DNA from: Candidatus Omnitrophota bacterium
GTDB lineage: Bacteria > Omnitrophota > Gorgyraeia > B26-G9
Assembly: GCA_043814605.1 (NCBI GenBank)
Contig: JBDRJV010000028.1
Span: 92,350 to 156,349, forward strand
Direction: 5' to 3'
DNA: 64,000 nucleotides
Every line of letters begins with the position of its first letter. Positions within the stretch are counted from its first letter, which is position 1. The notes under the pieces are model-generated. The model was not told the DNA's origin and ran no database searches. It worked only from the letters and a program-made list of their open reading frames with translations. Shown piece by piece: positions 29,045 through 37,465 of the stretch. Made by a program: the position numbers and the translations under genes.

Positions 29045-29788
29045 ATGCAGGTAATTTTTTTGGGAACCAATGGCTGGTTTGATACTGATACGGGCAATAC
29101 TATTTGTACGTTAATTAAAACTAAAACCTGCAATATAATTTTAGATGCGGGGTTTGGTATTTATAAAGCAGACCGCTATCTTGAGAATAAAAACCCCACA
29201 TTTTTATTTTTAAGCCATTTACATCTTGATCATACTGTAGGAATGCATGCCTTAGCGAAATTTAAATTTCCGAAAGGGCTAACCGTAATTACTCCTGTAG
29301 GCACAAAAACAGCTTTAAATAAAATTATTGCTCAGCCATTTACAATTGCTTTTAAAAATCTTTCGTTCAAAGTTAATGTGCTCTGTGCAAAAAAACAGAT
29401 GCGATTTGCCCAAGGCCGGGTTCAAACTGCGGAATTAGTGCACCAAAGCCGGTGTTTTGGCTATCGTTTTGAATTTCAAAATAAGGTAATTACTTATTGC
29501 ACAGATACAGGGGTTTGTGAAAACATTTTGAAATTAGCGCAAGGGGCAGATTTGTTGATTACAGAATGTGCACTCCGGCAAGACCAGGATGATCAGGGTT
29601 GGCCGCATCTGGATCCCACTCACGCGGCCAATCTCGCAAAAAAATCAAAAGCCAGGAAATTAGTGCTGACTCATTTTGATGCCGATAATTACCCCACCAA
29701 AAAAGCCAGGCAAAAAGCACAAGTTTTTGCTAAGAAAATTTTTCCTCAAACTCTCGCGGCTTATGATAGCATGAAATTGTCAGTATAG
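29045..29788 (+). CDS. MBL-fold metallo-hydrolase
   Basis: LSHLHLDHTVG (HxHxDH) motif. Confidence 0.7.
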   Translation: MQVIFLGTNGWFDTDTGNTICTLIKTKTCNIILDAGFGIYKADRYLENKNPTFLFLSHLHLDHTVGMHALAKFKFPKGLTVITPVGTKTALNKIIAQPFTIAFKNLSFKVNVLCAKKQMRFAQGRVQTAELVHQSRCFGYRFEFQNKVITYCTDTGVCENILKLAQGADLLITECALRQDQDDQGWPHLDPTHAANLAKKSKARKLVLTHFDADNYPTKKARQKAQVFAKKIFPQTLAAYDSMKLSV

Positions 29789-29809
29789 TATTATCAAATA
29801 AGAGGAATA

Positions 29810-31081
29810 ATGATGATAAAAAATATTACGTTGAAACAGGCAATTTTTTTCTGGGTAATATTGCTTTTTTCTTTTTACACTGGCGCGGCCGCACAAACTT
29901 TCATATCCCAGGATCAAAAAAATCAGGTTATTATTGATCAGATAAAAAACTATTATAACCAAATCAATACTTTTTCTGTTAATTTTTCCCAGGTTAATTC
30001 TGCCCCCGGATCGGAAATAAAATTAAAAGGAACATTATACTACCAAGCTCCGGATAAATTAAAATCGGAAGTAATTATTGAAGGGATGGCGCAGGAGGAT
30101 AAAATAAAAACTTTAACAATTTTTGACGGACAATTTTTATGGCAGCAGCAAAGTTTAATAGATGAAAAAAATATTAATGTCCTGAAATCAACAATAGATA
30201 AAAATACTTTACAGGGTCAGGAATTATTAAGACAGTTTGATTTTAAAGAACAGCTGGATTATTTGTTCAGCAAATATAATGTTATTAATTTTGAAAAAGA
30301 AACTAGGGAAGGAAAAGCGGTTAACGTGTTAAATTTAGAAATAAAAGAAGACAATCGCAATAAATTGGAATTATTAATTAAAGCAAAAGGCTATAAATCG
30401 GTTTCAGATATTATGCCTGAGCAAATTTTACTTTATGCTGACGGAGAACAAGGCCGGTGTTTAAAAATTGACACATTTAATACAAAACATAAACTGGTTT
30501 CAAGTATCAGCTATACTGATACAAAAATTAATCCGGGATTACCAAAGGATATATTTATTTATGTTGTGCCGGAGGGAGCGGATGTTATTGACATGACGCA
30601 GACTTTGAATAATCCTAAGGATACAGGACAAAACACAGTAAATAAAATCATCGAAGAAAACTGCCCGGGATTTTCATTATTAGATTTAAACGGGAATACT
30701 TATGAGTTTAAAAATTATCAGGATAAAATTATAATTATTATTTTTTGGGCAACCGGGGCGTCTCTTTGCGAAAAAGAGCTGCCTTTAATACAGGAATTAT
30801 TTGAAAATTATAAGCAGGATAATCAGGTAGCAATATTTACAGTCAGCCATGAGCCAAAAGATGATTTGCTGAATTTTGTTTTTCAAAATAAGTATACTTT
30901 TCATGTTTTATTAGATGCAGAACATAAGTTAGCTCAGGATTTCAGGATACATTCTGTCCCGAGTTTATTTGTGATTGATAAAAAAGGGAAAGTAAATAAA
31001 GCCTATTTTGGTTTCTACGATGATATTATTGACAAGCTGGATGCAGATATTGAAGAATTAAAACAAATAGAGGAATTTTAA
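29810..31081 (+). CDS. Secreted protein with LolA-like N-domain and thioredoxin-like (redoxin/TlpA-like) C-domain
   Basis: Signal peptide; C-terminal FSLLDLNGNTYEFKNYQDKIIIIIFWATGASLCEKELP..HSVPSLFVIDKKGKV (SxxC variant). Confidence 0.5.
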   Translation: MMIKNITLKQAIFFWVILLFSFYTGAAAQTFISQDQKNQVIIDQIKNYYNQINTFSVNFSQVNSAPGSEIKLKGTLYYQAPDKLKSEVIIEGMAQEDKIKTLTIFDGQFLWQQQSLIDEKNINVLKSTIDKNTLQGQELLRQFDFKEQLDYLFSKYNVINFEKETREGKAVNVLNLEIKEDNRNKLELLIKAKGYKSVSDIMPEQILLYADGEQGRCLKIDTFNTKHKLVSSISYTDTKINPGLPKDIFIYVVPEGADVIDMTQTLNNPKDTGQNTVNKIIEENCPGFSLLDLNGNTYEFKNYQDKIIIIIFWATGASLCEKELPLIQELFENYKQDNQVAIFTVSHEPKDDLLNFVFQNKYTFHVLLDAEHKLAQDFRIHSVPSLFVIDKKGKVNKAYFGFYDDIIDKLDADIEELKQIEEF

Positions 31082-31089
31082 AAAGGTGA

Positions 31090-31875
31090 TTGATTTTGCA
31101 TGTCTTGAATAAAGAGCAGAAAATAGCGCAAGCTGCGGCAATTAGTGCCGGAAAACTTATAAAAAGAAGATTAGGTAAAATATCCAGAATCCATTTTAAG
31201 GGTGCGATAAATATTGTTACGGATGTTGATAAAAGAGCAGAAAAATTAATTATAAAAAAACTGAAAAATGAATTCCCGGATTATGGGATTCTAGCAGAAG
31301 AAAGCATCCCGGAAGAAAAAGGTACTTGTAAGTGGATAATCGATCCTTTAGACGGAACAACTAATTTTGCGCACGGGTTTCCTTTTTTTGCTGTATCTAT
31401 TGCCTTAGAGAAAAACAGGGAAACTGTTTTGGGTGTTGTTTATGAACCATTGCGGGAAGAATTATTTATCGCTTTAAAGGGGGAAGGGGCTTTTTTAAAT
31501 AAAAAAAGAATTTATGTGTCAAAAGTTAAAGATATAGAGAAAAGTTTTTTAGCTACGGGTTTTTCCTATAGCTTTAAGCATAAAAAAAATAATAATATAA
31601 ATAATTTTAAAAAATTTTTAATGGCTTCGCTGGCCCTGCGCCGGGCTGGGTCAGCATGTTTAGACCTTTGTTATGTGGCCTGCGGCAGATTTGACGGATT
31701 CTGGGAGCTGGATCTTTTCCCCTGGGATATGGCCGCCGGTGCCTTGATTGTTCAGGAAGCTGGTGGTAAAATCACGGAATGTTCAGGAAGTAAGTTTAAT
31801 AATTACAGTAAAAGTATTTTAGCCAGCAATGGGAAAATACATAAGGCAATGCTGAAAGTCGTAGATAAAAAATAA
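31090..31875 (+). CDS. Inositol monophosphatase family protein (SuhB-like), TTG start
   Basis: WIIDPLDGTTNFAHGFP and WDMAAGALIVQEAGG motifs. Confidence 0.8.
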   Translation: MILHVLNKEQKIAQAAAISAGKLIKRRLGKISRIHFKGAINIVTDVDKRAEKLIIKKLKNEFPDYGILAEESIPEEKGTCKWIIDPLDGTTNFAHGFPFFAVSIALEKNRETVLGVVYEPLREELFIALKGEGAFLNKKRIYVSKVKDIEKSFLATGFSYSFKHKKNNNINNFKKFLMASLALRRAGSACLDLCYVACGRFDGFWELDLFPWDMAAGALIVQEAGGKITECSGSKFNNYSKSILASNGKIHKAMLKVVDKK

Positions 31876-32242
31876 ACGATAACCGATCTTTGGGAATCAA
31901 ATAAAAACACATCCTATGAAATAATGTTTATTTTCTGGCAATTTATGCCCGAAGACTATGCCGCCAAAAAACCATCCTTGGTTTATGGCGTTTCGACATC
32001 CTGCCAGCCTCGCCGTTACAGTGAGGTTGGCATGAAGATGGCTAGGCGGGTCTTCATCTTCGTACATAAATTAAAGAAAATCACACATAATTTCATTATG
32101 GCTGCTTTTTTTATTTAATTTTCAAATAAGTAATTAAATCAAAAATTGTTCGCAAACTGTAGTAATATTATAAATAGGGTAAAGGGAATCAAGATAAGGA
32201 GAAAGTGAAAAAATCTCGCTACTTGCTTGTGCCCGTAAGGGT

Positions 32243-32313
32243 GCTACTCTCTACTCGTTGAGAACATTAATATTAATTTTAGCGAAATCCCGCAAGGGCG
32301 GGGCTACTTTAAA
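32243..32313 (+). repeat. Repeat element D copy 2, ends 10 nt before the GTG start at 32324
   Basis: See 28566-28636. Confidence 0.7.
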
Positions 32314-32323
32314 GAGGAATAAA

Positions 32324-33268
32324 GTGCGTACCGGAGTTTCATATTTATCTTCACACAACCCAAAGCATATCAGAGCAGACCTGGAAGAAATTAAAAGCCT
32401 GGGATGTGATGATATATTGCTGGCAGCCCAGGAAAATGATTTTTTGTATTTCCCAGGTAAATTAAAGTTTTTACCGGAAATTGCCAAAGAATACGGGATC
32501 CGGCCGATTGCTGTTTTCTGGGGCGCAATAAATTATTTTGGCGGCGGCAGGTCCAGCCAATTTTTACTTTACAATCCACAAACGCACCAAGTTAATAAAG
32601 ACGGTTCGTATAATCCCGCAGGTTGTTATAATAATCCGCAAGCAGTAGGTTTTATCAAAAAACTGATTGATGAAATTGCCGAATATGGTTTTTGCGGTTA
32701 TTTTATTGATGAGCCTTCATTGCTTGATTGTTATTGTCCGTCTTGTTGTGAGCTTTTTGAGAAAATGTTTTCGGCAAAGCTTCAAGATGCAAATTATACA
32801 GCCTATAATCAATTTCGTAAAAAATGCGCGATTAATTATGTAGAGGATATTTCGGATTATATAAAAACCAAATTCCCCAAAATAGAAACAATGTGCTGTG
32901 TTATGCCGCAAGATCAAGTGCTTTGGCCGCAAATTGCCAAAATCCAGAGTTTAGATAATTTAGGCACAGATATTTACTGGGTTAATAATGATCAGGATGC
33001 TGAACTTACCCGTCCTTTGATCAGGGAAATTGCTGGTTATTGCCAGACTAATCAAAAAAAACACCATCAATGGCTCCAAGCATGGGGAGTTGAAAAAGGC
33101 CGGGAAGCGAAAATTAAAGCGCAAGCTGAAATTATTATTAATGAGAATCCGGATAGTTTATATGTCTGGGCGTATAATGGACAACTCGGTACATCTGAAA
33201 CCTGCGAAGACCCAGGCCTTTCTTGGCAAACAGCGTGTGAAATATTAAAAAGCGTTAAACATCTATAA
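32324..33268 (+). CDS. TIM-barrel glycoside-hydrolase-like hypothetical protein (GTG start after RBS aaagagga)
   Basis: Pattern ..GIRPIAVFWGAINYFGGG..CGYFIDEP resembles glycosyl-hydrolase-like TIM barrels; weak. Confidence 0.35.
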   Translation: MRTGVSYLSSHNPKHIRADLEEIKSLGCDDILLAAQENDFLYFPGKLKFLPEIAKEYGIRPIAVFWGAINYFGGGRSSQFLLYNPQTHQVNKDGSYNPAGCYNNPQAVGFIKKLIDEIAEYGFCGYFIDEPSLLDCYCPSCCELFEKMFSAKLQDANYTAYNQFRKKCAINYVEDISDYIKTKFPKIETMCCVMPQDQVLWPQIAKIQSLDNLGTDIYWVNNDQDAELTRPLIREIAGYCQTNQKKHHQWLQAWGVEKGREAKIKAQAEIIINENPDSLYVWAYNGQLGTSETCEDPGLSWQTACEILKSVKHL

Positions 33269-33341
33269 TGATGCTAGATCCTTGATGCAAGATACTCGTT
33301 TGTTTTTTTAGTGTTTAGAATCCAGGATCCAGAAGCCAGGA

Positions 33342-34664
33342 TTGATAATGAACCAAAAAATTGCCCTTATCTTAGCTCCGCCATTTTGGCCGAATTTACC
33401 GCCGCTTAGTTTAATCAGTCTGGCTAGCTTTCTTGATTTTCATTCCGTAGAATCAAAATTGTTTGATTTAAATAATAAAATTTTTAATTTAAGCGATGAT
33501 AGCTTAAAAAAAGAGTGGCTAATCAGTGCAAATAAACCACTAGAAGATAAAATGCTGCATTTATTAAAAACAAAATTTAAAAAACAAATAACTCATGTTT
33601 ATGAACAGCTTTTAACCTATGATATTGCAGGATTTTCCTGTTTTAGAAGTAATTTTCTGATATCTTTAACAATGGCGCAATATTTGCGTCAAGTCAAAGG
33701 TAAAAATATAAAAATTATTTTTGGCGGGCCGCAAATTACTAATCTGTATTTTAAAACAAAAGGGGAATATACTGCGGAATTATATAAGCTCGCGAATTTA
33801 ATCGTTACCGGAGAAGGAGAAAAACCATTATTAGATTTTATCTGCAAAAAGACAAAGCAGAAGATAATCTGCTTTGATCAGTTAAAAAATATAGGTGATT
33901 TTAACTATATCAAAGGGTATAAAAATATTAATAATAATCTTTATCCTAAAAAACAGGCGATGCCTTTACTTTTTTCCCGCGGCTGTATGCGTCAATGTAA
34001 ATTCTGTTCAGAAAAATTATTATACAGAAATTTACGCATAAAAAAAATAGAAACAATAATTAGTGAAATAAAATATTTGCAAAAGGAAAAAGGAGTTAAA
34101 CAATTTATTTTTCACGATTCCATGTTAAATGCGGACTTAAAGGAATTAGAAAAATTATGTGATATGATAATTGAAAGTTTTGGGTCTATCCCCTGGGAAG
34201 CTCAAATGGGGGTAAGAACAGATATGAGCGAAGAACTTTTATTTAAAATAAAAAAAAGTGGCTGTTATAACCTTTTTATTGGGCTTGAATCCGGATCGGA
34301 CAATACATTAAAAAATATGAACAAAGGTTTTACCGCAGCTCAAGCAAAAAAATTTTTCAAATCTTTGAATAAAGCCGGGTTATTTTTTGGCGTGAGTATG
34401 ATTGTGGGATTCCCCCAGGAAACAGAAGAAGATTTAGAAGAGAGTTTAAAATTTTTAATTGATCATAAAAACATAATTCCAAAAATTGAGCAGATTAATC
34501 CCTTTGTTTATTATGCGGGCACAGCCGTGGATAAAAATCTGGGGTATCGCGATAATCCCGAAATTTTAGCCAAAACAGATTATTTTATTAGCAGGCTTAA
34601 ACAGGAAAAGTTCAAAATGACAAAAGCATTCTTAAATAATCTGGTAGAAAAATATAAGGAATAA
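33342..34664 (+). CDS. B12-binding-domain radical SAM protein
   Basis: CMRQCKFC (CX3CX2C) plus N-terminal B12-binding-like region (IKIIFGGPQIT). Confidence 0.7.
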   Translation: MIMNQKIALILAPPFWPNLPPLSLISLASFLDFHSVESKLFDLNNKIFNLSDDSLKKEWLISANKPLEDKMLHLLKTKFKKQITHVYEQLLTYDIAGFSCFRSNFLISLTMAQYLRQVKGKNIKIIFGGPQITNLYFKTKGEYTAELYKLANLIVTGEGEKPLLDFICKKTKQKIICFDQLKNIGDFNYIKGYKNINNNLYPKKQAMPLLFSRGCMRQCKFCSEKLLYRNLRIKKIETIISEIKYLQKEKGVKQFIFHDSMLNADLKELEKLCDMIIESFGSIPWEAQMGVRTDMSEELLFKIKKSGCYNLFIGLESGSDNTLKNMNKGFTAAQAKKFFKSLNKAGLFFGVSMIVGFPQETEEDLEESLKFLIDHKNIIPKIEQINPFVYYAGTAVDKNLGYRDNPEILAKTDYFISRLKQEKFKMTKAFLNNLVEKYKE

Positions 34665-34954
34665 AATTGTGAAAGTAAAAGTGATTATTTTATGAAATCT
34701 TTCCTTACTTTAATTTGATTTTAAATTATTAATAACTCAGCTATTTCTTTAATATAATTATTGATTACAATGTTCATATTAATATTAAATGTTTTAATGA
34801 TATGCAACATGTCGGATATCCTTAACTTATTATTTTAAAGTTAGTTATAGCTAAAAATTTCCCTTCTATCAAGTTGTAAAATATCCATATATATGGTATA
34901 CTTTTAAAACTTTTTAATAAAAGAGAATCAATAAAAAATTGAAAGTAAAAATAT

Positions 34955-35380
34955 ATGAAAAAATTAGGCAAAACATTTGTTTCTATTGTTATAATCCAAA
35001 CATTATTAATATGTTATATGTTTAGCGGGGATTTGTCTACTTGTTTAGCGGCTCAGGAAACAACAACTTTAGTTTTTTCAGCAGTAAAGTTGCAAATATA
35101 CACTGCTGTTTTGTTTTCTTCTACACTAGCTCCGCAAGTTGTACTTACCCAAAAAGATATCCGTAATGGTTTTCTTGAGAATATATCAAAATCAAAAGAA
35201 ATTATGTTGCAGCAGATTAACTCAGAATTGACTAAAATAGCTCTTGAACGTGGCACTAAAACAAGCAGCAGTATGCTTAGAAATCGTATTCCTCTCAAAT
35301 TAATAGGCAGTCAGGAGACTCAAAGGTATTTAAATAAGGGATATACCCGGGATGAAAAAGAACAGGTTCAGCATTATTGA
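34955..35380 (+). CDS. Small secreted hypothetical protein
   Basis: Signal peptide; 141 aa. Confidence 0.4.
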   Translation: MKKLGKTFVSIVIIQTLLICYMFSGDLSTCLAAQETTTLVFSAVKLQIYTAVLFSSTLAPQVVLTQKDIRNGFLENISKSKEIMLQQINSELTKIALERGTKTSSSMLRNRIPLKLIGSQETQRYLNKGYTRDEKEQVQHY

Positions 35381-35562
35381 GCCTAATACTGCGGGGAATT
35401 TATTTAATAGGGAAAAGCAGGAGTTATTGAGGTCTCGTCAGATTGTTGATAATAATACATTAAGAGTGATTGAAAATGCAATATAGTGACGAATTACCTG
35501 AAAAAATATATTAACCTCGTTGCTTTTTAATTATTACTAATGAATTTTCCTGGAAAATAATT

Positions 35563-36471
35563 ATGGAAATTATTGAAACTAAAGTTTCAACAATTTTAAG
35601 ACCAACCGGCATTGATCTGGCTTCTTATGTGATTAATCCTTATCAGGGGTGCCAGCTGGGTTGTTTTTTTTGCTATGCACAGTTTAACAGAGTAGCGCAA
35701 AAAGAAAAAATGTCTTGGGGAAGTTATGTAAAGGTAAAAATCAATGCTTTAGAGGTCTTAGAACAAGAGCTAGATAAATTAAAACCAAAAAAAATTTTGC
35801 TTGGCTCAACCACAGAGTGTTTTCAACCGATCGAAAAAAAGTTCAAAATTACAGGGCAAATATTAAAACTATTAAATAACAGAAAAATAAAATATATTAT
35901 TCTTAGCCGTGCCCCGCTTATTGCAGAGTATCTCCCCTGGCTGAGGCAAGGTTTTTGTGAGACTATTTATTTTACAGTTGATGTTTTGCCGGATAGATTG
36001 AGGAAAATATCCCAACCGCAGGCGATAGCTACAAGCAGAAGCATACAAATTATTAATAACCTAACCCAGAATAAAATCAATGTAATTGCTTATTTTTGCC
36101 CAATTATGCCGTGGTTATTTGATTCTCAAGACGTATTAAATAAAATCCCGGGGAAAATGAAATATACGGAATTTGAAATTTTGAATTTTAATATGGCTGG
36201 TTCCCAGGGGATTATGAAATTCATTAAAGATTTTTATCCGGAACATGTTAAAAATTATACAAAACTTTTAAAAAATAAGAGTTTTTATGAGAAGACAATA
36301 AATAATCTGGAGCGAGAAATTAAAGATAGCTTTAACAAAAAATTCACCATAATAAGAGTTCATAAACATAAATACGGGAATTATTTTAATAATCGTTATG
36401 ATCCGGCAAAAGTTATTCTAGTTCTATTTTATTTGAGCGCAATTTCTTTTTTACGGCACGGATTTCTTTAA
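35563..36471 (+). CDS. Radical SAM protein of the spore-photoproduct-lyase/DNA-repair-photolyase-like family
   Basis: PYQGCQLGCFFCYA (CX3CX2C) near the N-terminus, typical of the SPL-like family. Confidence 0.65.
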   Translation: MEIIETKVSTILRPTGIDLASYVINPYQGCQLGCFFCYAQFNRVAQKEKMSWGSYVKVKINALEVLEQELDKLKPKKILLGSTTECFQPIEKKFKITGQILKLLNNRKIKYIILSRAPLIAEYLPWLRQGFCETIYFTVDVLPDRLRKISQPQAIATSRSIQIINNLTQNKINVIAYFCPIMPWLFDSQDVLNKIPGKMKYTEFEILNFNMAGSQGIMKFIKDFYPEHVKNYTKLLKNKSFYEKTINNLEREIKDSFNKKFTIIRVHKHKYGNYFNNRYDPAKVILVLFYLSAISFLRHGFL

Positions 36472-36826
36472 CCTTACGCAGTTTTTCCCGGGTTTTTTTG
36501 GAGCGTTTTCGTTTTTGCTTTTTTATTTTTGCAATACGTTCTTGTTCCTGGGTCTGCTGTTTTAAAATTATGCTTTGAATTTTTTCAATCAAAATCCTGC
36601 GGGCATAAAAGCGGTTTAAAGTTTGAGAACGGGTTTTTTGGCATTTTACTTCCAGGCCTGAGGGTGAATGCTTGAGATATACACAGCTAGAAGTCTTATT
36701 TAATTTTTGCCCTCCTGGACCTTGCGCGCGAATAAAACGCTCAACAAGCTGAGATTCTTTGATTCCCAACAAAGCCATTTGTTCTTTTTGTGATTTTTGT
36801 TTTTGAAAACCAGCTATTCTTTCCAT
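36413..36826 (-). CDS. arfB: ArfB-like peptidyl-tRNA hydrolase (GGQ release-factor domain with basic C-tail)
   Basis: GPGGQKLNKTSS GGQ motif; Lys/Arg-rich C-terminal tail; 137 aa. Confidence 0.75.
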   Translation of the reverse strand: MERIAGFQKQKSQKEQMALLGIKESQLVERFIRAQGPGGQKLNKTSSCVYLKHSPSGLEVKCQKTRSQTLNRFYARRILIEKIQSIILKQQTQEQERIAKIKKQKRKRSKKTREKLRKVKEIRAVKKKLRSNKIELE

Positions 36827-37040
36827 GCTAATATAATAACATAGAACAAGTGATAAAGAGGGATAATAAATAATCCTGTAGGGACAGCCCCGACGAAGGA
36901 GGGGTGCGAAGCAGGCACTGCCCTGTCCTTCAACAATAGTACAAAAATAATAATATAGACCAGAGGCATTGCTTGTCTGCTAACAAATAAAAACACATCC
37001 AGTGAAATTATGTTTATTTTCTAATAATTTATCCGGTCGT

Positions 37041-37247
37041 GTCTTGTGTTTATTCACACCAGACCACTCGTTGGTCCCCAGCGAGGCCCAACTTCGTTCG
37101 GCGATCCGTGTTCGCGCTTGAGGCTTTAATAATTTTTTAGCCTCAAACCATGCCTGCTCACACTTCTCAACGTCCGGCTTAGAATAAACACATAACACAT
37201 AACAGCTATGAGCTATCAGCCATAAGCTAGTTACTGGCAACCTTTTT
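37041..37247 (+). ncRNA. Structured RNA element B copy 1 (~200 nt, hairpin-rich, ends in a T-run), candidate sRNA
   Basis: Paralog at 40964-41168 (~85% identity). Compensatory changes preserve the stems (gttgg..ccaac vs gttagg..cctaac; gtgtttattc..gaataaacac vs gtatttattc..gaataaatac); loop-only changes in the gaggc-loop-gcctc hairpin. Confidence 0.55.
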
Positions 37248-37465
37248 CAGAATAACACACACATTTACTATGGTCTATGGTCTGTTGTCCCGAATGAAGT
37301 TACTTCTTTAGCTGCCTCATCGGGATTCCGCGGCTGCGGGATCTTTGGTCTGGACGGTTTTTTGTTTCTTGAAAAAAGGACTTAAAAGGGATATAATTGC
37401 GGAAAAGAAACGATAAATTAACCTGCTTAAAAAACTAAAATTGGTTAATATGGGACGCAAGTCTT

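Noticed and set aside
36814-37240. Two minus-strand ORFs (60 and 86 aa) in the ArfB-GGDEF spacer
   Set aside because: They are translations of the reverse strand of structured element B and its upstream quasi-palindrome. There are no start signals, and the region is better explained as RNA.
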